Below, one piece after another: positions 13,347 to 25,712 of a stretch of DNA of 38,540 bases. How positions within the stretch are numbered: the first letter of the stretch is position 1; the number at the start of each line of letters is the position of its first letter. The DNA is from Octopus bimaculoides (Eukaryota): assembly GCF_001194135.2 (NCBI RefSeq), contig NC_068986.1:100063492-100102031 (forward strand). Direction: 5' to 3'. The notes below the pieces were generated by a model that was given only the letters and a program-made list of their open reading frames with translations, was not told the origin of the DNA and searched no databases. The translations under genes and the position numbers were made by a program.

Positions 13347-14367
13347 CACATACATACATATATATATTTCCATACATATACTTCCCTGGTTTTCTTTTTT
13401 TCATTATGCAAGATTTTTTTATTGATGGATTCTGATACTTATGTAATATACAGAAGTAAATATATAAGGGTTACTTTGTGTACAATGCATTAAGATTACA
13501 AAAACAAAAGACTGGAAAATATATACAAACTATAACGGAGAGTTTAATGTAAGCTCGTAAATATTCTTTACTATATTTGTTATCACTCTATCAAGGGTAT
13601 TAACAATGATTTTACATTCATTTCCTTTTAGTTATATTTGATTCTATTTTCTACTTACACACTTCATAAGATTAATTGATGTTATGACATAAATCTAGAT
13701 ATTTCAAAAACTTGGCGCAACATTTTATTAAAATTGTATTTATCCCATTATTTCCATCGATATTAATTATAACTTGTTTAAATAGTTTATGATCCGCCAT
13801 TTAATATGACTTCTAAGACATATATAGAAATAAATGACTGACTCAGTGTTTCTTTCTTTAAATCTGTCATCCAATGGTTATATGTATTAGAAATCAGTGT
13901 TTTGTTGTAGCTGTTGTTTACAGCTAGATCGCCCATGCTGTATCATAACAGAGAAATTTATAGCACAATTCGTCTGTTTTGATTTAAACTTGTGAAATTC
14001 ATTATTCTTTCGACTTTACAAATCGTGTAACTTGAGAGAAAGAATTTCTGCGTAGGGATCTCAAACGCCGTTGTCTTATCGTGTATAGAATGGGTGGTCC
14101 TGCACATAAACTACACAGACGCACACTCATGCACACAGACACACATACACAAACATACACATGTATGCGTCAGGTTGCTCATATCAATCTTGAGTGTCTC
14201 AGGCTTTTAAAGCAGTAACTCTTTGGTGAAGTATCACAAACACAAATTTTATATATACAGGTAAGTATTAATGCGATGTATGCATGTGTGTGTATGTGTG
14301 ATTGTGTATATGTATATGTGTTTGTGTGTGTGTGTATGTGTGTGTGCGTGTGTGTGTAAATGTGTAT

Positions 14368-14720
14368 TGTTTGTTGTTGGCACTTCGTCGCTTACGACGA
14401 CGAGGGTTCCAGTTGATCCAATCAACGGAACAGCCTGCTCGTGAACTTAACGTGCGAGTGGCTGAGCACTCCACAGGCACGTATACCCTTAACGTAGTTC
14501 TTGGTCCTTTGAAATACAGGTACAATAGAAACAAGAAGAACGAGTGAGAGAAAGTTGTGGTGAAAGAGTACAGTAGGGTTCGCCACCATCCCCTGCCGGA
14601 GCCTTGTGGAGCTGTAAGTGTTTGCGCTCAATAAACACTCACAATGCCCGGTCTGGGAATCGAAACCGCGATTCTATGACCGCGAGTCCGCTGCCCTAAC
14701 TACTGGGCCATTACGCCTCC
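14368..14720 (-). mobile_element. tRNA-derived SINE (family A), head to tail, with 10-bp target-site duplication
   Basis: Minus strand starts GGAGGCGTAATGGCCCAGTAGTTAGGGC (A box), has GGTTTCGATTCCC (B box) and ends GTGCCAACAACAAACA. AAATGTGTAT flanks both sides (14358-14367 and 14721-14730). Confidence 0.9.
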
Positions 14721-15615
14721 AAATGTGTATCAAATAAAAAGTTTCACGATGTCTCAAATAAGAAGACTTTAAATCATGAAGCATTGGGATATTGCATAGA
14801 ATTNNNNNNNNNNNNNNNNNNNNNNNNNNNNNNNNNNNNNNNNNNNNNNNNNNNNNNNNNNNNNNNNNNNNNNNNNNNNNNNNNNNNNNNNNNNNNNNNN
14901 NNNNNNNNNNNNNNNNNNNNNNNNNNNNNNNNNNNNNNNNNNNNNNNNNNNNNNNNNNNNNNNNNNNNNNNNNNNNNNNNNNNNNNNNNNNNNNNNNNNN
15001 NNNNNNNNNNNNNNNNNNNNNNNNNNNNNNNNNNNNNNNNNNNNNNNNNNNNNNNNNNNNNNNNNNNNNNNNNNNNNNNNNNNNNNNNNNNNNNNNNNNN
15101 NNNNNNNNNNNNNNNNNNNNNNNNNNNNNNNNNNNNNNNNNNTAGTACATTAATTTATTTGTAAGATTTGCTCATCCCCTGCTATGTTAAAAATCAATTT
15201 TCTATGAATGCATAAGGAGTGGTTGTCATTATTGACAAATTCGTAATATTTGTCAATTCTAATTTTGAATTACGGATGTACCTGACCGTAAAGTGATCTG
15301 ATGTAGAAATCTGACACATCTTTTACGGCGATAGTAAGAATGAGGTAGTAAGCATATAGTAAGAACGAAGAAGTCTCAACATCGCTTTGACGGCAACTAT
15401 ACTAGCACCCTCCACACACGTCTCTATATGTATAGAAATTGCAGGTACAGTCAGGTACATATACATACATGGATTATGCGAGCTTGTATGCATACTTCTA
15501 GATATAATTACTTGTCAGTATACTGTTACACATTACAGATTCTCCACTTGTGTTACATACATATATACACACACATACATACATACATGTATACACATAT
15601 CTAGAAATATACATG

Positions 15616-15666
<51 letters not shown>

Positions 15667-15923
15667 GCACACATATATACATATACATACATGCATGCAT
15701 GCATCCGTCCATCCATCCACCCATACATACATACCTGTGTGTATGCGTTTGTGTGTATGCGTGCATACATATAAGAACATTCACTCTACTACAATGTTAA
15801 TGAGTAACCGTCCTGTTTAATATTGAATTGTTTCTCTAGAAAAGTTGGCATACAAGTAAATCTGTGAGTGACTATGTGTGAATGAGTGTACGTGTCTATG
15901 TGTGTGTACACGTGTGCATTTCC

Positions 15924-15986
<63 letters not shown>

Positions 15987-17059
15987 CGTACTTTCACTGG
16001 GAAGTATACACATATGCATAAATCACAAATGTTGGTATTTCACTTATACTTAAATAAATTTGACTTTACTCATCGGTACCCTTAATTACTGCATCTCCCT
16101 GCTTACTCACGTATTGAAATGAAGAATAACGTACGTATTCTTATTATAAGAATCTATTTGATTACTGATAGATTTCCTTAAACTTGTTACATATTTTGCT
16201 GCAGAATGCTTTAGATTCATACTGGATAATAAACATGCGTCTACTTAACAGTAATTTGATTTATATAACTGTAGAAGTCTCCATTAAATACACAAGCTAC
16301 GGGCCCCATAACTTTATTTAGAATTCCAAATTGGAAGAATGAGGTTCATTCGTTTATATATTATATTTCGTTAAGATGTTATCTTGCAATTTCATTCCTG
16401 GTCTGTTAATGAAAGCAATTATGATTTATTCGTGTTCTTTGTATATTGATGATAAAATCAAAGATTTATAAATGATTTTTATGTGGAATTTTACGTAGAA
16501 TATAAGTATTACTTGGTGCGTAAAAGTTGAGTTTGAGATTAAATATTTGTGATAATACCACAGGGGAGCAATTAGCGATTTGAAATATTTATTGAATTAA
16601 TTGATGTATATATTTATAACGTGATTTTTACTCTTAGATACAATGGAGTAATGATATTTGCAATAAGTTAATACATGGAAGAATTAAATTATATTTTGTT
16701 ATAAACATAGCCCTTTGGAGAGAATTTAATCCNNNNNNNNNNNNNNNNNNNNNNNNNNNNNNNNNNNNNNNNNNNNNNNNNNNNNNNNNNNNNNNNNNNN
16801 NNNNNNNNNNNNNNNNNNNNNNNNNNNNNNNNNNNNNNNNNNNNNNNNNNNNNNNNNNNNNNNNNNNNNNNNNNNNNNNNNNNNNNNNNNNNNNNNNNNN
16901 NNNNNNNNNNNNNNNNNNNNNNNNNNNNNNNNNNNNNNNNNNNNNNNNNNNNNNNNNNNNNNNNNNNNNNNNNNNNNNNNNNNNNNNNNNNNNNNNNNNN
17001 NNNNNNNNNNNNNNNNNNNNNNNNNNNNNNNNNNNNNNNNNNNNNNNNNNNNNNNNNNN

Positions 17060-17090
<31 letters not shown>

Positions 17091-18208
17091 ATTTTACATA
17101 AGGTTTCTCATAAATAAACTGACAATGCAGAGTGTATGGAAAACTTACAAGTTGATGTAAATTTAAGCAGTAATGGTTTACATTACTAAATCTATAAATA
17201 TTAGATTATTCTAATGCGGTACGATGTTGAATACAACTGTCAGAGACTGAACAATTACAGCAAACAATTTGTATAAACATTTGTTAACACGAGAGCCATA
17301 GAGTAAGCGTTGAAACCTCCAGAAAATCAAAACTACTATGCAGTTTCACTCTATATATGAAACTATATTGCAGCTAATGCTGTCTATAACACTTTCCGGA
17401 TGTCACAACATCCTAATCTAAACCAAGCCTGAATGACTTTGTGAAAGACACTTTATATTTATTTGAAACTGAGGCAGCGGTGTATCAGTAGTTAAAATTC
17501 CAGCATGAAAAATGCATTGTTAAGCTTAATAACTATTTCAGATTCCTTACGGCTTTGATGTTTCTGGAAGAAAGATGAACGTCCCTAACAGTAATTTTCT
17601 CTTTCCTAAAATATGAGGCATTTTAACGATTGCAAAAAGTAATCAACATTTGTGTCTATCAAATTTTACACTGCAGTCATAATTTCCATTTTAATTACAA
17701 ATTCTACCTCGGCTTTAAGCAAACATTGATTTGAATGCTTAGTGCTGTTATCCGTAATACATTGCCTTGATATCTGTAATACACTACGTTGGTAGCTGCA
17801 ATGAACTGTTATATATTCATTCGACAAAAGGCTCATCGTCTTCAAGATGCTACAGGGAAATTTGGAAACTATTATTCATTAACTAATGTTTAGTGATATT
17901 TCGAAAATTACAAACCAACCGAAACCAACCGAAGAATTAAATTATCAGCATCGATCCTTTGTGCAAATAGCTTCGAATTGGATTTTATTATTCATAGAAA
18001 CCAATTGATTAAATAGGTGACCAGAATACTTTTGGAGCTAAGGCGAGTCGATAGAGTAATAAAGCAACCTGAAAAACGGTCAACTTTCCGTAGCTACGAT
18101 AAGATCACGATGATATTGAATTCTCTGTGTAATATTGACATATGATTCTGAAAGTAATTGCTAACTTATTTCTCGAGGGATAATATTGGGTAGTTGTCGT
18201 TTTCACAG

Positions 18209-18344
18209 GCAGGTCTGCTTTGGTCTTGCATATCTAAATCAAACGATCCTGAAGTAGTGATCGATCCGAATCTTATATTCAGAAAGCATTTCTTAGACTG
18301 CAAGATATGTGGGAAAAGTCTGAAAATTTTTCAGAATACTGCCA
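18209..18344 (+). CDS. Candidate internal exon (AGLLWSCISKSNDPEVVIDPNLIFRKHFLDCKICGKSLKIFQNTA), unknown product
   Basis: gttgtcgttttcacag|GCA..GCCA|gtgagt: 136 nt, open in phase 0 to 1, contains CxxC. No recognised homology. Confidence 0.3.
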
Positions 18345-19275
18345 GTGAGTCGGACACAATGTCTTGTACAATTAAGTCTGCTTTCTACGTCTTGAGATTA
18401 CATAGAGCTGAAGGCAGATTTTGAGGATGATAAATACATAACAAGTTCAATTTTGGAGTTCTATCCCTTTCCCACTAACTTACTCTCTCTGAATTATACC
18501 AGTAATTCAATGGTCCAGCACTGTCATATTTTTGGGGGCAGGTTCAGCGTGACCCACACACGTAACTATGGGACGTACAGCTGATTAAGCATTAATTTTA
18601 TGAGTAGGAATTCAACTGGATAAACAACTGAATACTCTCTGTAGAGACGGACAAAGAACTAAATTAAATAGGAATGATTTTGCTGCTAATTTTCGAATAT
18701 TAACTAACCCCATACATACTATAACAAAGACTTGACTTCAAGGTTCGTAACCTAGTCTGTGAGAACGCGAGGCGATATTACTCCGAGTGATTTACTGGTT
18801 TGCAAGGGTTAATTAAATCCTCATTGCATTGCGGTTTGTACAACAAAAAGTATATATTGTAGAAGATTGTCTGAAGGTAAACGGGGATAATTACATAATA
18901 TGATGCTTGCGGTTCTTTGGAGAATATGAAGACGATCTCTTGCATTATTCCAGTGTAATGTTGAAAGGCAGATTATAATATAATCTATTTGAAATTAATT
19001 CAGAGAGTTGAACTAATTTTCGAAACCTTCGTCTAGGTGTTTTGGAATATAATCTGTATGACCAATGTTTGAAAGTAGATTCCTGAAAAGATATGATTTA
19101 CTAAATTCTATACTTGAAGATAGTCGGTTTTAAGCATCAGAGCTAAAGAATAAGAAAGTAATCTGTGCAGGAAGAAATAACGACAAATGAGCAGAGTATA
19201 GCATATGACGCCTTAAAGAAAATTATGAAATCTTTGGGAAACTATATAAATATAAATAAATACACAGATATGTGT

Positions 19276-19690
19276 TATTTCTTTACTACCCACAAGAGGC
19301 TACACACAGAGGGGATAAACAAGGACACACAAACGGATTAAGTCAATTATATCGACCCCAGTTACGCACCGGTACTTATTTAATCGACCCCGAAAGGATG
19401 AAAGGCAAAGTCGACCTCGGCGGAATTTGAACTCAGAACGTGGCGGCAGACGAAATACCTATTTCGTTATTGCCCACAAGGAGCTAAACATAGAGGGAAC
19501 AAACAAGAACAGACGAACGGATTAAGTCGATTATATCGACCCCAGTGCGTAACTGGTACTTAATTTATCGACCCCGAAAGGATGAAAGGCAAAGTCGACC
19601 TCGGCGGAATTTGAACTCAGAACGTAACGGCAGACGAAATACCGCTAAGCATTTCGCCCGGCGTGCTAACGTTTCTGCCAGCTCGCCGCC
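19276..19690 (-). mobile_element. tRNA-derived SINE (family B) head-to-tail dimer with one 16-bp target-site duplication
   Basis: Full unit 19460-19690 (GGCGGCGAGCTGGCAGAAACGTTAG A box; GAGTTCAAATTCC B box) plus a unit at 19276-19459 lacking the first 47 nt. Flanks are atacacagatatgtgt (19260-19275) and atgcacagatatgtgt (19691-19706), 15/16 identical. Confidence 0.9.
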
Positions 19691-21090
19691 ATGCACAGAT
19701 ATGTGTGTGTTGTTGTGCGCGCGCCTCTGGTTAGACAGAAAACATGGCGTGTATACACATGCACGCATACACGCAAGTACGCGCGCGCGCACACACACAC
19801 GCACACACATACACATGCACGCACACACCACCTCCACACATAAGAGACAAGTTAAGGTAGATAGCATTTTCAGAAAAAGAAACCGACAAAGAAATTTGCA
19901 CATAAATAAAATCTGCTAGCGGAAACACCAAAATATATAAGAATTTTCACACTTCTAAACGTGATATTGTTTTTTCATCTGCAATCCTATAATGGGCTTT
20001 GAATCAATTCTTTACTTACAGGAAGACAAGCATACACACAATTCATTCATTCATTCATTTCTTAATTGTGAAACTCAACTTTAGATAGTTAATGCATACA
20101 CACATACATGCATACATATACACGTACATACATATATATATATATAGATACATATATACACATATACACATATGTATAAATTTATATATATATATATATA
20201 TATATATNNNNNNNNNNNNNNNNNNNNNNNNNNNNNNNNNNNNNNNNNNNNNNNNNNNNNNNNNNNNNNNNNNNNNNNNNNNNNNNNNNNNNNNNNNNNN
20301 NNNNNNNNNNNNNNNNNNNNNNNNNNNNNNNNNNNNNNNNNNNNNNNNNNNNNNNNNNNNNNNNNNNNNNNNNNNNNNNNNNNNNNNNNNNNNNNNNNNN
20401 NNNNNNNNNNNNNNNNNNNNNNNNNNNNNNNNNNNNNNNNNNNNNNNNNNNNNNNNNNNNNNNNNNNNNNNNNNNNNNNNNNNNNNNNNNNNNNNNNNNN
20501 NNNNNNNNNNNNNNNNNNNNNNNNNNNNNNNNNNNNNNNNNNNNNNNNNNNNNNNNNNNNNNNNNNNNNNNNNNNNNNNNNNNNNNNNNNNNNNNNNNNN
20601 NNNNNNNNNNNNNNNNNNNNNNNNNNNNNNNNNNNNNNNNNNNNNNNNNNNNNNNNNNNNNNNNNNNNNNNNNNNNNNNNNNNNNNNNNNNNNNNNNNNN
20701 NNNNNNNNNNNNNNNNNNNNNNNNNNNNNNNNNNNNNNNNNNNNNNNNNNNNNNNNNNNNNNNNNNNNNNNNNNNNNNNNNNNNNNNNNNNNNNNNNNNN
20801 NNNNNNNNNNNNNNNNNNNNNNNNNNNNNNNNNNNNNNNNNNNNNNNNNNNNNNNNNNNNNNNNNNNNNNNNNNNNNNNNNNNNNNNNNNNNNNNTATAT
20901 ATAAGACGTATAAATACATATTACATCACCAACAGATATATATATATATATATATATGCATACTTGCATGACTTTTTCCTGTGGAATAAAAGAAAATTCA
21001 ACGTATGTCAAATACAACTACTAGGATATGATGTATATACGTGTCTTCTTTAATTTATGTATGTATATATATATATATACATATACATAC

Positions 21091-21535
21091 ACCTTAGCCC
21101 TTTCATGCCGTCTGATGTGGCTTTTTAAACCAAACAATGTTTTGAAAAAAACACCCACACAGACTGCACCTCTGATTTGTACTACCAATATCTGCAGGTA
21201 AGTTCTGCTCATTGTGGATCTTAACATGTCCTTTAAGACCCCCATTAGATTTGCAAGCCCTCTGGGACACACCACATTCGAACGTGTGCACAGGTATATA
21301 ATCAGAATAGCTGTTTGAAGTTTGTTTTCCATAGGTTCGCAGGTGAGATTTGAGGCCAGCCAAAGACAGACATGGTCTGTCACAGCCATGGTCTGTCACA
21401 GACTGTGCACATAAAAAGGTCCTTGTCATTCACCTTTTTGATCTTTACATTTTTCCTCAAACATCTCTTGAGTCCCATTTGCGTCATCCTGGCCTCCTCA
21501 AACGCTTCCACTCCACTCCACACCCCTTTCGTTGA
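21091..21535 (-). mobile_element. 3' end of an RTE-clade LINE ORF with three C2H2-like motifs
   Basis: GVWSGVEAFEEARMTQMGLKRCLRK..FMCTVCDRP/CLSLAGLKSHLRTY..FECGVSQRACKSNGGLKGHVKIH..CSLCGC/FFKTLFGLKSHIRRH. The FE..R..KR..RK..C..C.R...GL.SH.R.H pattern is the typical RTE/BovB C-terminus. Frameshifted. Confidence 0.75.
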
Positions 21536-22149
21536 ATTAAGAAAGGTTCACAAGTTAAGGTACTCTCAAAATACTTATACTCTTTATGCTTATAAGTTTA
21601 TTACCTACAGCATATATATTCTCGTTCGCAGAGAGGTTATATGCCCCAATATTAGACTATTATTCATAGCCAATACACAGCAGCGTTCGGTTATGATTAC
21701 GTCATTTACAGAATGTACATATAAACATCTATGTTCTTGTATTTGACATACGTGGAATTCTATTTTATTCCACACGAAAAAGTTATCCATGTATGCATGT
21801 CTGTTTGAATGTATCAGTGTATATTAATATGAATGCATATTGATACAAACACACATACACACACACAGACACAAATACAGACACAAACATAGAATCGCTC
21901 TCACACACACATATGCATGTATACGTGTATATATTATATGAATATGTATAATTCTATTTTTTATGTTACCTTCATCCCATATTCGAAAGTATTGTGCTTG
22001 TACATGTACATTCGTTTGCCTTGCTTAGGGGCTTAATGCTTCGCCCAACTGGTTTCGAGTAGTATCAGAGAGAGTTGGGCGAAACTACATGGAAATTCTA
22101 GACTCCAGCTCAAGAAGCATTTGACTGCGAATGATCCGTGTATCTTGTT

Positions 22150-22226
22150 TTGTCCTGTGTGCCGTTGTTGTGCAATCGTCCTTTTCCTGGTTGTTATGTT
22201 TTGACGATTTTCGTGTGTGTGTTTTT

Positions 22227-22262
<36 letters not shown>

Positions 22263-23088
22263 ATATTTTCTTTGTATGGGGTGGGTAGTCTGGCGCTGAG
22301 GCCTGTTTTCTTTTTGGGATTTAACTGTGGTAAACTCCATTTCGTACCCTTCTCTGGTTTGTATCTTGTTTCCTTGGGTTCTTTTGTAACTTTTGTTTGT
22401 ATTGCTGGTTGTTTTTCCGTCTCTTTCACGTTTTGTGGTTTTGTTGTGAAGGAGCTTTGTACTCCTTTGTTTTACAGCCTGCACGAACATGACCCTTTTT
22501 ACCGCATTCAAAGCAACGTGGCCTAGGTCCTTCTACACTTACCCTTACGCTTAACCCCTCATAAATACTCTGTCGGGCAGTCCCTCAAGGACTTCAGCTT
22601 TGGCTTCTACGACCATCTCGAAGGACTGACCTTCCTAGTTCTCTCTTTCCTATTTTTGCATTTGCTCATTTTCTCTTCCAGGTCAGAAGTAGCGGTCGGC
22701 GCTATCCATATAACTCGAGACCTGCCAGAATTTCTTCCACTTTAATTTTAGCGGCTCGTCTGCCCATGTACGTCGACAGTAATATCATCTCTCCATTTTT
22801 TAAGGTTATTTTAGATAAACCCATTACCTTTTATTCATCGGTGAATTGAGCTTCGATCGTGGCATGCTTTCTTCTACGGCCGACGTAAATTATTCTGCTC
22901 TAGATTTGCGACAAACATTTTTCTATCGCCTCACTTTTACATGTCGTAGTTCTCTTTTCTTTCATGCTGTACGTTTTGCACACTACTGTTTTTGCCGCAA
23001 TATTCTGAAAAAACTATCGAAGAGGGAGTAGTTTTATATCATTACTTGTTTTGTTGAAAGGATTCCTATATTTAAAAAACTCTGCCAT
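22150..23088 (-). pseudogene. Decayed L1/Tx1-type LINE ORF1 (gag-like) with CCHC zinc knuckle
   Basis: ATG at 23088 (MAEFFKYRNPF..), then IYVGRRRKHATIEAQF..LLSTYMGRRAAKIKVEEI..EGLPDRVF/VRVSVEGPRPRCFECGKKGHVRAGC; CX2CX4HX4C at 22474-22515. Multiple stops and frameshifts. Clade assignment is by recalled motif context. Confidence 0.7.
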
Positions 23089-24844
23089 TGTAATTTCTAT
23101 TGCTCTGATGTTGCTGCCCACCACGGCCGAAAAAACGTTGCTTTTCCTTTTGCACTCGCATTAAATTTTTATCATTTTTTCAGCCTTTTCCATTTCCAGG
23201 GAATTTTCGTTCGAAAACAAATTGTAATCCATGACGTGAAAAAAAATGTTCACAGTAAAAAAATTTCCTTCGAAATGGAATAAAATTTGACAAAAAATAA
23301 TTTTTGATAAAAAATAATTGTTACCCTGCAAAGCGTAAAAATCACAGTTCTAATGACAGTTGTCATTTTTCAGAGCAGTATTTCAGAATTTAAGACTTTT
23401 CTGCTCCGAAGGGTGAAAATAACAGTTAACAAACAACAGTTCAATTTCAACAAGTGCAACAATGACAATAAAACATTAAATATATAACAAATTTGAACTC
23501 ATGAACACAAATAAGCGACAACCAAAAAAGCCTAACACGAGTGTGGTGGAGATGGCAGAGCTCGATTCTGCTCGCAATATATATAATTTCAAGCGACGTA
23601 CAGTCACCGATTTTGCAACCAGCAAAAATGCTGGTTCGAAAATATTTCTAAATGATCAACGCAGTAGTTGTACTAAAAAGGCTGCCCGTTCGAACGGACT
23701 TTACTGTGATTTTTTAACTCCAATTATTTAATTACTGCATAAAGCTCAGTCGCTGGACTTGATAGGAAACAAATTCATATTTTAAAGCTGATAAAAGTTT
23801 TACATGTTTTTAGAATCCTTGCAGATTGTACATATGATGTGCGTTTTTTTTGTTGTATTTTTTTTCTGAAAACCCTAGCTTACTCAGATTGTCAGGCATC
23901 AATTCACACAACCAAAATGCACCAAATATTATTTGTGTAAAGAGAAATTATAATTAAGACATAGAAGCTGAATTTCGAAGCATGTGTCCGTAGTTATACA
24001 CTTTATCCAAGATTTTCAAAGAGATATTAGCATCACCATGGCAACTGAATCGTACGTACATTTTCTGTCTGTTCCAAACAACAATATCTGGTCTGTTACG
24101 TTTACACTTGACAGATGATTAGATGGAAATATTCCACCAAAATTCCTTTTGTTGATGATTGCGTACGCATTCAAAATCAGACGGGTTCTGTGTATTTATT
24201 CCAGGACAATCTCTTTCTAATGGATTTGTATATTGTTTTAGCGACAACGTCGTTTTCCAAATGGAGGTAGTATATTAATGACATTTCACGCAGTTGCTTA
24301 ACACATGTGTGATACCTTATACAGACATGGCATAATCCATATCTACGGTTGCATGTTGAGGCTCCACTGTCTTTTTTGTGACCTCTATTTTTTTTAAATC
24401 TCATCTTATGTACATAAGATGTTCAAATAACTATTTCTCTGTGGGTTTCCTGTTGATGTCATGATCTTGCGGGTTTTAATGTCAACAGAATGGATTTCTT
24501 CTACAGACAAGGCAGATAACCTAAATTTTAGAATCAGGAATGATATTGAAAATACATCATGAAATTCATCTTGTTATAAAAAGATGTTTCCGAATCAATA
24601 CCTAAATATTTATGTATGTGTGTATGTGTGTCTGAATCTTTGCATGAACAGATGGATGGATCCAATGGAGATGGATGGACATGTTTAAGGATACCTTTAC
24701 GTATCTATGCATGCATATCTTAATATCTATGTACATACATATGTATGCATGTGCACATGCATGTATGAATGTATGTGTGTACGTGTGCGTTTGTGTGTAT
24801 ATCTATAAATATACGGACCTATGTGAATGAGTATGTATATAAGC

Positions 24845-25712
24845 GGGGAAGTAAGTACGTACGGGACTGTTGCCATAGAAACGAAGCGAAGGCAAGCAGT
24901 GTAAAGCCACTTAGCAAAGACTGACCTTACTCTGTTGTGCATGTGCGCTAAGTTTTAACGTGCTATTTCAGTTCCCCTGCAGTGCTTCGAAGGAAGAGGT
25001 GCAGTGTGTGATCGTCGCATTGACCATGACACAGAACGTTGTCATAACGATACCTGCTCAGAGGTTTACGCAAAGTTGCAGAAAGTGTATGGAGAGGAGT
25101 ATATGAGCCGCACACAAGTATACGAGTGATTCAGACGTTTCTAAGATAGCCGAAAATATGTTGACATTGAGGAACGTTCTGGGAGACCAGGCCCACAACC
25201 AGCAGACCTCGGAGAAAACTCGAACATGTACCTGTGAGGAGAAACTGTCAAATTACCATCCGTGATTATCAGAAGAGGTACAGATGAGTCACAATTCACT
25301 TCAGTCCATTATCACTGCAGATTTGGGTATGGGACGTGTACCTGCCAGGTTTGTGTCAACACTGTTTTCGGTTGATCGAAAAGACACTCGGTTTTCTGTT
25401 GCAGAAGATCTTCTTGATTGTACCGAGAGCAATGGAAACTTTGCGTAGGCCTTTGAGTAGGTATCACCAAGGTTTTTGCAAAATTTGATCCAAATTCTCT
25501 GCTGAAGTTTCACTGTCGTGGTCAATACGCCGACAACATGCTATATACCTTCATTCCAAGCACTGCTGTAAACAGCGTAAGTGAGCTAGAATGTTAAATC
25601 TTAGTGCGCATGTCCAATCGAGTTTAAGGTCAGGTTGTGCCAAGCGGCTTTACTGTACGTGCTTTCGCTTCGTTACTATGGCAACAATCCTGATACTTAT
25701 TGATCACACCAT
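24845..25712. mobile_element. Mariner remnant made of two convergent left ends (+ arm about 24845-25443; - arm about 25437-25712)
   Basis: + arm encodes DTCSEVYAKLQKVYGEEYMSRTQVYE*FRRF*DSRKYVDIEERSGRP..SEEVQMSHNSLQSIITADLGMGRVPARFV (mariner bipartite HTH). - arm encodes TVKLQQRIWIKFCKNLGDTYSKAYAK. Both arms share TGTTGCCATAG(A/T)AACGAAGCGAA..GTAAAGCC.CTT.GCA..CTGACCTTA. Confidence 0.85.

Noticed and set aside
18170-18260. Cadherin-like ENDNYP motif on the - strand
   Set aside because: The spacing and other cadherin motifs (LDRE, DxD) are absent; likely chance.
19170-19250. TNEQSIAYDALKKI resembling a Helitron/PIF1 helicase start
   Set aside because: No Walker A (GTGKT) or Rep motifs nearby.
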